Part shown: positions 26,570 to 38,300 of the stretch, piece by piece
Numbering within the stretch: the first letter of the stretch is position 1
How the letters are laid out: the number at the start of each line of letters is the position of its first letter
Assembly: GCA_051313645.2 (NCBI GenBank)
Contig: JBNRSN020000025.1
Location: forward strand, 20,770,001-20,834,000
DNA: 64,000 nt
Origin: Centroscyllium fabricii
Taxonomy: Eukaryota
Direction: 5' to 3'
Program-made: the position numbers and the translations under genes
The notes under the pieces: generated by a model
What the model was told of the DNA's origin: nothing
Database searches by the model: none
The model's input: only the letters and a program-made list of their open reading frames with translations

Positions 26570-27045
26570 AAAGAACAAATGAACTTGCAATTATATGGCT
26601 CCTTTGATGTCCTCAGGGCATCCAGAGCTCTTCGCAGCCAGTGAATTGTTTGTGAAGTGCAGTCACTGTTGTTTTGTAGGTAAACGAGGCAGCTAATTTG
26701 TGCAGGGCAAGAGTCCCACATATGGCAGTGAGATAGATAACCAGATAAGTTGTTTTTAGAAATGTTGATTGAGGGATAAATGGTAGCCAGGACACCAGGA
26801 AAATTCCATGGCTGCCCTTGAAATAATGATGTGGAGGTGCCGGTGTTGGACTGGGGTGGACAAATGTAAGAAGTCACACAACACCAGATTATAGTCCAAC
26901 AGTTTTATTTTAAATCACAAGCTTTCGGAGCGTCTGCCCCTTCATCAGGGGCAAAAGCTCCGAAAGCTTGTGATTTAAAATAAAACGGTTGGACTATAAT
27001 CTGGTGTTGTGTGACTTCTTGAAATAATGCCATGGGATCTGACAG
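26570..27045 (-). mobile_element. Deu-domain SINE (SacSINE1/AmnSINE1-like) fragment, interrupted by a PLE palindrome
   Basis: Homologous to 58593-58895 (GATGTTGATTGAGGGA…CCAGGACACC…GCCATGGGATC) with an L2-type tail. Confidence 0.65.
26829..27017. mobile_element. Palindromic PLE insertion, family P1
   Basis: Inverted arms; TSD CTTGAAATAATG at 26817-28 and 27018-29. Minus-strand core CUGAUGA A GGGGC…GCUCC GAAAGCUU. Confidence 0.85.
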
Positions 27046-28009
27046 TCTGACAATCTTCATGAGTTTACAGTGACGGTGGAAAGCACCAGCGAGTTATTTG
27101 TCATTGTTTAACAATGTTCTCAGGATTGCTGAATTAACAAAAATCTGCCCAATAAAGTCTCTTTTTTGTTGTTGTTGAGATCATTCATAATTAATATGTG
27201 CAGCATTACACACTTAGTACTCAAATAGAAGCATTTGTGCCATAGTTCAGGTTGAACCTGGAGTTAGCGAGCTTTATAAACGGGAATATTTTGCGGTATC
27301 AGAGCAGCAGTGACAGAACTGAATGATGCACAATCTGCACCTTGCTGGCTTACTGTAGTTGGAGTTCAGCCATTTTCCACAAAATGTGCGCACGCCACAG
27401 CTTGAAAAACAAACCTGTTTGGGCATTTAACCCTGTTGCGTGATTAATAGATGCTTCAGCAGTGTTAAAGAATCAAAATTTCAGATACATTGTGACTGAC
27501 TGCTATTTTCTTTCACTATCACAAACTACATGACAATCTTGGGCTTTAAAGCCGTGCGTTTCTACAGTTTTGTTAACTGGTCATTAATTACAACTGAGAA
27601 TGGGCATCTGATCACACTCAAAGTCTAGTCCAAGATTTTACCGCTATATGTGGGATAGGGAATTGTGAGTGGCAGGCTGGCACCTGTATGTCCCATTGTG
27701 CTTTGTTGGTGAGACTCCGGAGTGTTCCCATAAATCCCCTTATGCTGAGTCCTTCATTTTCATCCCGATTTTCACAAGGAAGCGATGTGGAAATTGGAGG
27801 GCAAGTCATCCCTGACCACTCTTGCACACCTTCTAATAGTTAAGTTAAAAGAGGCCTGGGAGAGGGTCATCCACTAATCCCTTTGGTTGAGGAAATGGGA
27901 GACCTAAAGGGGAAATGGAAAAGAAGGCCATGCAGCTGAAATTTGATACGGTGCAAATGTGTTCTCGGTACCACTTTAAAATAAATAGGGTTAGAAGGAA
28001 CAAAAAACA

Positions 28010-29075
28010 GGGGGCTAAATTCGGCAGCACATGATTTCTGGCGCTAAAATTAGCGCCGAGGCGGCCGATATTAGCATTAGCGCCGTCGTTGCAGATTTTG
28101 CCGCTAATTCACGCCTTGCACAGCTTCCAGGCGGCCAATATCTTGCCGCTGTTTGCCGTTCCCGGGCACAGCGCTCCCTCACTAACTGCTTGCTTCCCCA
28201 TGACCTCTGCAGCCGATTAGGTCTTAAAGGGGAAGGAGAGCAGCATCTTTTCCTCCTCGCACTCTGATCAGCTGCCGATTGCGGGCCTCCCCCCCCCCCC
28301 TCCTCGCACTCTGATCAGCAGCCGATCTCCCACCCCCCCCCCCCCCCTCGCACTCTGATCAGCAGCCGATCTCCCTCCCCCCCCCCCTCCTCGCACTCTG
28401 ATCGGCTGCCAATCGCGGGCCACCCTCCCCCCTCTCCTCGCACTCTGATCAGCAGCCGATCTCCCACCCCCCCCCCTCGCACTCTGATCGGCTGCCAATC
28501 GCGGGCGGGCCACCCTCCCCCCCCCTCCTCGCACTCTGATCAGCAGCCGATCTCCCTCCCCCTCTCCTCGCACTCTGATCAGCTGCCGATCTCCCACCCC
28601 CCCTCCTCGCACTCTGATCAGCTGCCGATCTCCCTCCCCCACTCCTCGCACTCTGATCAGCTGCCGATCGCGGGCCTCCCTCCCCGCACTCTGATCAATT
28701 GGCCGATCGGGACGCCTCCCCCTTCCTTTAGCAACTGGCCGATCTCGGGCCGAAGAGGGAGGGTGGCCCTTTTAGCAGCGCTGCAGCGGCCACTCAAACC
28801 CGCTGCAGCGCTTGCAAAAGCTGCCGCTGATAGCGCGGGGGGCGGTGAAAAGGTGGTAAACCCAATGTCGGGCGCAGCCCGCCGGGCTGGCATTGCACAC
28901 GCATTGTCACGACGATTGGTGATCGCCAAGCGGCGCTGTGCTAACGTTTAGCGCCGGCGCTAAGCACAAGGCCAATTTAGCTCCCGGCGCTAATTTTGGT
29001 GCTAATTCGGCGCTGGCCCATTAGCGCACATTTTCAGCGCTGATGGGCTGGTGCTAAGCCGTCAATTTCGTGCCC
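28010..29075 (+). mobile_element. PIF/Harbinger-type MITE family C with expanded internal repeat
   Basis: GGGGGCTAAATT…AATTTCGTGCCC TIRs with ACA/ATA flanks and subterminal TAGCGC repeats. About 11 copies of CCTCGCACTCTGATC(A/G)GC… at 28250-28700. Homolog at 46393. Confidence 0.85.
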
Positions 29076-29872
29076 ATAGTTTTTAAACTAAAACAAATTA
29101 CATTTAGAAGAATGGACATCAGCTAGTTTTGAAATTATTACTGAAAAGCCAACTAAAAGACAACTAATGAAAGGTGCTCATGGTCTCAATCCTTGTTATA
29201 AAGATGGCAGCATCTGAACAGTTATATAAAGACACCACACTTCAGAAATACTCAATACTTTATAAAATACCTGCCCAAAATATACAGTCCCTTGCATATA
29301 AGAGAGGTTATCGTTAATTCATTGCTAAGATTACCTATTGGGTTAAAGAGAATTATATGGGTCACAAATTAGTTTTGGAACAGGTTAAATGCCTGCTTTT
29401 GTATATTTTCTATCATTTTTGTACTTTCATGCTCTTGGTAGCACAATGTAACTCCGTTAACAATGTCTGTAACAAATGCAGTAGAGAAATATGTAAATTC
29501 AATCTATGGAACAGTGTCTACAAATAAAGAATACCTCTAATTAAATTGTAATGTGTATTGTGTCTTTCCTGCTGCTGTGTTTACAAATCTATTTTGCTGG
29601 AAAAACTTAAGGTGCAGAATTTAGCTTCAAATGGGTCAGAATGGAGTATGTTGAGGTTTTTATCTATTCAATATAATTCATTGCACAGCAGGACACAAAA
29701 ACTTCAAGAAGAGTCTTGCTATAAGTTCGCCTCTTCAGATAAATACTTTATCCAGTTTATTTCTATTACTTTGTTTGTTTAAAGAGTGCTGATATATATA
29801 ATCAGGAACCAAGTGGTTTGCAGGTTATGAGGGGAGACGAATTGACAACGGCAGCTGAGGTATCCTAGGTTG

Positions 29873-30258
29873 TTCAACAACAACTTCTATTTATATAGCG
29901 CCTTTAACGTAGTAAAAATGTCCCAAGGTGCTTCACAAGCGTGTTCGAAGACAAAAATTTGACACCGAGCCACATAACACAAAATTAGGGCAGGTGACCA
30001 AAAGCTTGGTCAAAGAGGTAGGTTTTAAGGAGCATCATGAGGCTGAAGGAGATTACAGAGGTAGGGAGGGGGGGAGGCCATGGAGGGATTTGAAAATAAG
30101 GAGGAGAATTTTGAAATCAAGGCGTTGCTTAGCCAGGAGCCAATGTAGGTCAGCGAGCACAGGGGTGATGGGTGAACGGGATGTTTGTGCGAGTTAGGGC
30201 ACGGGCAGCCGAGTTTTGGATGACCTCAAGTTTATGCAGGGTAGAAAATGGGAGGCCG
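29873..30258 (-). mobile_element. L2 LINE 3' fragment (internally deleted)
   Basis: Homologous to 25225-26050; (AAC)n tail. Confidence 0.8.
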
Positions 30259-30482
30259 TGTGTACAATCCATAACTCGGGCTAGTGTATCCTCAAAGGCA
30301 TTCTCTCCCACCCAATCATCATAAAGATCAATTTAAATATAATAGGAACTTAAATATATAAATATAATTTATCAACTGTACAGCTTTAAACCATAATGTG
30401 GAGGTGCCGGTGTTGGACTGGGGTGGACAAATGCAAGAAGTCACACAACACCAGATTATAGTTCAACAGTTTTATTTTAAAT

Positions 30483-30517
30483 CACAAGCTTTCGGAGCGC
30501 TGCTCCTTCCTCAGGTG
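30483..30517 (-). ncRNA. Minimal type I hammerhead ribozyme motif
   Basis: Minus strand: CAC CUGAGGA A GGAGC-agc-GCUCC GAAA GC UU GUG. Confidence 0.75.
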
Positions 30518-30521
30518 GGTC

Positions 30522-30556
30522 CACCTGAGGAAGGAGCAGTGCTCCGAAAGCTTGTG
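30522..30556 (+). ncRNA. Minimal type I hammerhead ribozyme motif
   Basis: CAC CUGAGGA A GGAGC-agu-GCUCC GAAA GC UU GUG. Predicted cleavage 3' of 30553. Confidence 0.75.
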
Positions 30557-30685
30557 ATTTAAAATAAAACCGTTGGACTATAATCTGGTGTGTGACTTCT
30601 AGCTTTAAACCAGACAGACCAAAAAGTCCCAGGGTTGATTCTGATCTGTGCCAAATAGTTGTTACATATGATTGCATATTATTAC

Positions 30686-30812
30686 ATAGGACTGCAGCGG
30701 TTCAAGAAGGTGGCTCACCACCATCTTCTCAAGGGCAATTAGGGATGGGCACTAAATGCAGGCCTAGCCAGCCAGCGACACCCACATCCCATCAACGAAT
30801 AAAAAAAAAAAA
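30686..30812 (+). mobile_element. Non-LTR retrotransposon 3' end with poly(A)
   Basis: GGACTGCAGCGGTTCAAGAAGG…CACATCCCATCAACGAAT followed by a poly(A) run; a minus-strand CR1 3' end follows at about 30813-30985. Confidence 0.65.
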
Positions 30813-31239
30813 AGTACGGCACAGAAATGGGCCATTGGGCCCAACCAGTCCATGCCGGCGTTATGCCCCATTCTGGCCCCTCCCATCTTTCCTCATCTAA
30901 AACTCTTATCCGCAAAACCCTCGATTCCTTTCTCCCTCAGATGCTTATCTAGCCTCTCCTTAAATGCATTTATACTATTTGCTTAACTGTAACTTTATTC
31001 CCCTGTGCATTAGCTATCATGCCCAATTTAAGAATTTACTGTAACTTTATTTGCCGTGTATTCGTCATCACGTCCACTTGTGTCAGCTGGAGCTTCAGTT
31101 AGGGTGGGAGAGATCAGCTGGTATTCCTGTTCTTGGTTGTGAACCACTGAGTCCCACCTGGCAATGTGAGGACATCTGATGAGAGCAGGATCGAGCTTGA
31201 CTTTGATGGCCCCAGAAACAATTAGCTCGCCAACACCGT

Positions 31240-34200
31240 GGGGTAGATCTTGACTTTATGCGAAATTGTAAAACGGGCGATTGTGAATCGGCATCTCTCC
31301 CGATTTTCTGTGGCATTGGCTTCCATGGAAGTAAAAATCAGGAGAGATGTAAAATAGGCTGCTGACTATCGCCCACTTCACACTATCGCCCACTTCACAC
31401 TATCGCCCACTTCACACTATCGCCCACTTCACACTATCGCCCACTTCACACTATCGCCCACTTCACACTATCGCCCACTTCACACTATCGTCCACTTCAC
31501 ACTATCGCCCACTTCACACTATTGCCCACTTCACACTATCGCCCACTTCACACTATCGCCCACTTCACACTATCGCCCACTTCACACTATCGTCCACTTC
31601 ACACTATTGTCCACTTCACATTATCGCCCACTTTACACTATGGCACACTTCACACTATCGTCCACTTCACACTATCGCCCACTTCACACTATCGCTCACT
31701 TCACACTATCGCCCACTTCACACTATCGCCCACTTCACACTATCGCCCACTTCACAGTATCGTCCACTTCACACTATCGCCCACTTCACACTATCGCCCA
31801 CTTCACACTATCGCCCACTTCACACTATCGCCCACTTCACATTATCGTCCACTTCACACTATCGCCCACTTCACACTGTCGCCCACTTCACACTGTCGCC
31901 CACTTCACACTATCGTCCACTTCACACTATCGCCCACTTCACACTGTCGCTCACTTCACACTATCGCCCACTTCACACTATCGCCCACTTCACACTATCG
32001 CCCACTTCACACTATCGCCCACTTCACACTATCGCCCACTTCACATTATCGCCCACTTCACACTATCGCCCACTTCACACTATCGCCCACTTCACACTAT
32101 CGCCCACTTCACACTATCGCCCACTTCACACTATCGCCCACTTCACACTATCGCCCACTTCACACTATCGCCCGCTTCACACTGTCGCCCGCTTCACACT
32201 GTCGCCCACTTCACACTGTCGCCCACTTCACACTATCGCCCACTTCACACTATCGCCCACTTCACACTATCGCCCACTTCACACTATCGCCCACTTCACA
32301 CTATCGCCCACTTCACATTATCGCCCACTTCACATTATCGCCCACTTCACACTATCGCCCACTTCACACTATCGCCCACTTCACACTGTCGCCCACTTCA
32401 CACTGTCGCCCACTTCACACTGTCGCCCACTTCACACTGTCGCCCACTTCACACTGTCGCCCACTTCACACTATCGCCCACTTCACACTATCGCCCACTT
32501 CACACTATCGCCCACTTCACACTATCGCCCACTTCACATTATCGCCCACTTCACAATATCGCCCACTTCACAATATCGCCCACTTCACACTATCGCCCAC
32601 TTCACACTATCGCCCACTTCACACTATCGCCCACTTCACACTATCACCCACTTCACATTATCGCCCACTTCACACTATCGCCCACTTCACACTATCGCCC
32701 ACTTCACACTATCGCCCACTTCACACTATCGCCCACTTCACACTATCGCCCACTTCACACTATCGTCCACTTCACACTATTGTCCACTTCACATTATCGC
32801 CCACTTTACACTATGGCACACTTCACACTATCGTCCACTTCACACTATCGCCCACTTCACACTATCGCTCACTTCACACTATCGCTCACTTCACACTATC
32901 GCCCACTTCACACTATCGCCCACTTCACACTATCGCCCACTTCACAGTATCGTCCACTTCACACTATCGCCCACTTCACACTATCGCCCACTTCACACTA
33001 TCGCCCACTTCACACTATCGCCCACTTCACATTATCGTCCACTTCACACTATCGCCCACTTCACACTGTCGCCCGCTTCACACTGTCGCCCACTTCACAC
33101 TATCACCCACTTCACACTATCGTCCACTTCACACTATCGCCCACTTCACACTGTCGCTCACTTCACACTATCGCCCACTTCACACTATCGCCCACTTCAC
33201 ACTATCGCCCACTTCACACTATCGCCCACTTCACATTATCGCCCACTTCACACTATCGCCCACTTCACACTATCGCCCACTTCACACTATCGCCCACTTC
33301 ACACTATCGCCCACTTCACACTATCGCCCACTTCACACTATCGCCCACTTCACACTATCGCCCACTTCACACTATCGCCCACGTCACACTATCGCCCACT
33401 TCACACTATCGTCCACTTCACACTATCGTCCACTTCACACTATCGCCCACTTCACACTATCGCCCACTTCACACTATCGCCCACTTCACACTATCGCCCA
33501 CTTCACACTATCACCCACTTCACACCGTCGCCCACTTCACACCGTCGCCCACTTCACACCGTCGCCCACTTCACACCTTCGCCCACTTCACACCATCGCC
33601 CACTTCACACCATCGCCCACTTCACACCATCGCCCACTTCACACTATCGCCCACTTCACACTATCGCCCACTTCACACTATCACCCACTTCACACTATCG
33701 CCCACTTCACATTATCGCCCACTTCACACTATCACCCACTTCACACTATCGCCCACTTCACATTATCGCCCACTTCACATTATCGCCCACTTCACACTAT
33801 CGCCCACTTCACACTATCGCCCACTTCACACTATCACCCACTTCACACTATCGCCCACTTCACACTATCGCCCACTTCACACTATCGCCCACTTCACACT
33901 ATCGCCCGCTTCACACTATCGCCCGCTTCACACTATCGCCCGCTTCACACTATCGCGCACTTCACACTATCGCCCACTTCACACGGTCGCCCACTTCACA
34001 CTATCGCCCGCTTCACACTATCGCCCGCTTCACACTATCGCCCGCTTCACACTATCGCCCGCTTCACACTATCGCGCACTTCACACTATCGCCCACTTCA
34101 CACGGTCGCCCACTTCACACTGTCGCCCACTTCACACTATCACCCACTTCACACTATCGCCCACTTCACACTATCGCCCACTTCACACTATCATCCACTT

Positions 34201-36550
34201 CACACTATCACCCACTTCACAGTATCGCCCACTTCACACTATCGCCCACTTCACACTATCGCCCACTTCACACTGTCGCCCACTTCACACTATCGCCCAC
34301 TTCACACTATCGCCCACTTCACACTATCGCCCACTTCACACTATCACCCACTTCACACTATCACCCACTTCACATTATCGCCCACTTCACACTATCGCCC
34401 ACTTCACACTATCGCCCACTTCACACTATCGCCCACTTCACACTATCGCCCACTTCACACTATCGCCCACTTCACACTATCGCCCACTTCACACTATCGC
34501 CCACTTCACACTATCGCCCACTTCACACTATTGTCCACTTCACATTATCGCCCACTTTACACTATGGCACACTTCACACTATCGTCCACTTCACACTATC
34601 GCCCACTTCACACTATCGCTCACTTCACACTATCGCCCACTTCACACTATCGCCCACTTCACACTATCGCCCACTTCACACTATCGCCCACTTCACAGTA
34701 TCGTCCACTTCACACTATCGCCCACTTCACACTATCGCCCACTTCACACTATCGCCCACTTCACACTATCGTCCACTTCACACTGTCGCCCACTTCACAC
34801 TGTCGCCCACTTCACACTGTCGCCCAGTTCACACTATCACCCACTTCACACTATCGCCCACTTCACACTATCGCCCACTTCACACTATCGCCCACTTCAC
34901 ACTATCGCCCACTTCACACTATCGCCCACTTCACACTATCGCCCACTTCACACTATCGCCCACTTCACACTATCGCCCACTTCACACTATCGCCCACTTC
35001 ACACTATCGCCCACTTCACACTATCGCCCACTTCACACTATCGCCCACTTCACACTATCGCCCACTTCACACTATCGCCCACTTCACACTGTCGTCCACT
35101 TCACACTGTCGCCCACTTCACACTGTCGCCCACTTCACACTGTCGCCCACTTCACACCGTCGCCCACTTCACACCGTCGCCCACTTCACACCGTCGCCCA
35201 CTTCACACCGTCGCCCACTTCACACCTTCGCCCACTTCACACCATCGCCCACTTCACACCATCGCCCACTTCACACCATCGCCCACTTCACACTATCGCC
35301 CACTTCACACTATCGCCCACTTCACATTATCGCCCACTTCACACTATCGCCCACTTCACACTATCGCCCACTTCACACTATCACCCACTTCACACTATCG
35401 CCCACTTCACACTATCGCCCACTTCACACTATCGCCCACTTCACATTATCGCCCACTTCACACTATCGCCCACTTCACACTATCGCCCACTTCACACTAT
35501 CACCCACTTCACACTATCGCCCACTTCACACTATCGCCCACTTCACACTATCGCCCACTTCACACTATCGCCCACTTCACACTATCGCCCGCTTCACACT
35601 ATCGCGCACTTCACACTATCGCCCACTTCACACGGTCGCCCACTTCACACTGTCGCCCACTTCACACTATCGCCCACTTCACACTATCGCCCACTTCACA
35701 CTATCGCCCACTTCACACTATCGTCCACTTCACACTATCGCCCACTTCACATTATCGCCCACTTCACACTATCGCCCACTTCACACTATCGCCCACTTCA
35801 CACTGTCGCCCACTTCACACTATCGCCCACTTCACACTATCGCCCACTTCACACTATCGCCCACTTCACATTATCGCCCACTTCACAATATCGCCCACTT
35901 CACACTATCGCCCACTTCACACTATCGCCCACTTCACACTATCGCCCACTTCACACTATCACCCACTTCACACTATCACCCACTTCACACTATCGCCCAC
36001 TTCACACTATCGCCCACTTCACACTATCGCCCACTTCACACTATCGCCCACTTCACACTATCGCCCACTTCACACTATCGCCCACTTCACACTGTCGCCC
36101 ACTTCACACTATCGCCCACTTCACACTATCGCCCACTTCACACTATCGCCCACTTCACACTATCGCCCACTTCACACTATCGCCCACTTCACACTGTCGC
36201 CCACTTCACACTGTCGCCCACTTCACACTGTCGCCCACTTCACACTGTCGCCCACTTCACACTATCGCCCACTTCACACTGTCGCCCACTTCACACTGTC
36301 GCCCACTTCACACTGTCGGCCACTTCACACTGTCGCCCACTTCACACTGTCGCCCAGTTCACACTATCGCCCACTTCACACTATCGCCCACTTCACACTA
36401 TCGCCCACTTCACACTATCGCCCACTTCACACTATCGCCCACTTCACACTGTCGCCCACTTCACACTGTCGCCCACTTCACACTGTCGGCCACTTCACAC
36501 TGTCGCCCACTTCACACTATCGCCCACTTCACACTGGCAAGATCTATCCC
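31240..36550. mobile_element. Small MITE hosting a 5.2-kb minisatellite
   Basis: TIRs GGGGTAGATCTTG (31240-52) / CAAGATCTATCCC (36538-50), 12/13 match. Internal palindrome ATCTCTCCCGATTTT / AAAATCAGGAGAGAT. The flanks rejoin into one old SINE-like repeat. Confidence 0.75.
31365..36535. repeat. 17-bp minisatellite (ACTATCGCCCACTTCAC)n, about 304 copies
   Basis: Directly visible: 5171 bp / 17. Substitution variants only, with register preserved. Confidence 0.99.
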
Positions 36551-36747
36551 AGTGTCTCAGCGCACACAGGATAAATGGCCATTTGGGGATGGCTGCTACT
36601 GTCCATGGACTTACACCGCAACAAGAGGGAGGAGGGGAGAAAAGAGAACAAAATTGGAAAAAGACAAGAATTTGAGTCCTAGAAATGAGCGGCCGAAAAA
36701 CGGGCGTTGCTGGTGCTGCCGGGAATGAGCCCTGTGCCTGAATTAAG

Positions 36748-37140
36748 CCCAGTTAAGCAATGTCTCAATTTTAAAATTCTCATCCTTGTTTTCAAATCCA
36801 AACATGGCCTCACCCCTCCCTATCTCTATCTAATCTCCTACAACCCTCCAAGATCTCTGCGCGCCTCCAATTCTGGCCTCTTGTGTATCCCCGATTTTAA
36901 TCACTCCACCATTGGTGTCCGTGCTTCAGCTGCCGAGGCCCTAATCTCTGGAATTCCCACCTCTCCGCCTCGCTACCTCTCTTTCCTCCTTTAAGACGCT
37001 CCTTAAAACCTACCTCTTACATTTGCCCTCGTATCTCCTGTGTTGGTGTCAAATTTTGTTTTTTCGCGCTGCTGTGAAGTGCCTTGAGAGGTTTTATTAT
37101 GTTAAAAGCGCTGTATAAAAACAAGCTGCTGTTATTGTTG
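36748..37140 (+). mobile_element. L2 LINE 3' fragment (nested in a GC-rich MITE spanning about 36678-37850)
   Basis: [26 protein letters not shown] peptide and (TTG)n tail. Flanking CCTAGAAAT…AATTCTAGG inverted ends. Confidence 0.75.
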
Positions 37141-37716
37141 AATGCATATGCTCACGACGCATGGGACATTGCACCTGCGGCCTCATTATCATCGAGCCAG
37201 CGAGCTGCGGACATTAAGCGGCTTCCCAGGCAGCTCACCGGCGAAGAGGCCTTGAAGATCAGGCTGGTGCGTGGCCGGCAGTGGCCCTCAGGTACGTCCT
37301 TTAAAGGGGACTGGGAGAGCGGGGGGGGTCACCGAGATAGCGGCATCAGTGGCTGGGATCGGGAAGGACGGTGGCGGCTGTGATCAGGTGAGATTGCCCC
37401 GACGTTGCGATGGGAGGAGCCCGCGTGGTTTTAATGTGGGACTGGGAGGAGCACTCGGGCAATTATAATTGAAAATCTTACCTTTTTGGTGGCCGCCTGC
37501 AGTGGTTACTTTAAGGACTGCCTGTTGGGCCGCTTGTAAAGCACGTTTTCCTGAATGTAGCTGGCTGCCTTGCGGTAACCCAATAATACAGAGCACACCA
37601 CAAACAGAAATTTGGTCCTTTGCATAAACAAATAAGGAGCTTAACATCTGTTTCAGGCGTGGTCCTTTTTTTTGCCTGTACTGCTATGGAGGGTGAAGCA
37701 CTGCTGGCTAGTAATG

Positions 37717-37747
37717 TTTTCAAGTAGCTACCGGCACCTCCACATCA
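37717..37747 (+). mobile_element. 31-bp micro-insertion containing the P1 terminal sequence
   Basis: ACCGGCACCTCCACATCA (end of the P1 elements) between TGGCTAGTAATG duplicates at 37705-16 and 37748-59. Confidence 0.75.
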
Positions 37748-38049
37748 TGGCTAGTAATGAACGTGTGCTTCCTACCCACCGTGCTGGAGGCTTAGAAGAG
37801 GCCATTTAGCGCCTGTAAAGCGGGCTCTGCGTGATCGAAATTCTAGGCCGCAATCTTTTTTTAAAATAGCACAGAAAAAAGACAAAAGTATGTTTAAAGT
37901 TGATCTCATATTTAGTTCTATGGAGACTAGAGGGCACGGTGAGTTAGCATAATGCCCTTTCACCTGTGACCCCCAATGGAAAGGTAAGTCAGATTGTTGA
38001 GGCCAAAGTCTGTTTTCTCTGCCAGAAATGAAGGTCCTCTACCCTAGTT

Positions 38050-38300
38050 CATAGAAACATAGAAACTAGGAGCAGGAGTAGGCCATTCGGCCCTTCGAGC
38101 CTGCTCCGCCATTCAATGAGATCATGGCTGATCATCCAAACCCAGCACCCTGTCCCTGCCTTCTCCCCATATCCCTCGATCTCTATTGAGCCTGCACCGA
38201 CACATATCCCACTCTATCCCCATAACCCCACATATTTAATCCCCCTAACACTAAGGGTCAATTTATCATGGCCAATCAACCTAACCCGCACATCTTTGGA
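38050..38300 (-). mobile_element. 5'-truncated V-SINE
   Basis: Near-identical to 17101-17352. Confidence 0.9.

Larger units (their letters stand above)
30394..30600. mobile_element. Palindromic PLE insertion, family P1, with two intact hammerheads
   Basis: Inverted arms around GGT. TSD AGCTTTAAACCA at 30382-93 and 30601-12. Confidence 0.88.

Noticed and set aside
28250-28700. Repeat-spacer-like pattern resembling CRISPR
   Set aside because: The apparent spacers are variable poly-C tracts of a degenerate tandem unit inside a MITE.
31365-36535. Possible CRISPR array or telomeric repeat
   Set aside because: Head-to-tail units without unique spacers, no cas genes, eukaryotic context, and not (TTAGGG)n.
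31522-36675. 1717-aa and 1655-aa ORFs (HTIAHFTLSPTSHYRPL repeats)
   Set aside because: Artefact of a 17-bp unit with no stop codon on the plus strand in any phase; TTG starts; lies within a MITE.
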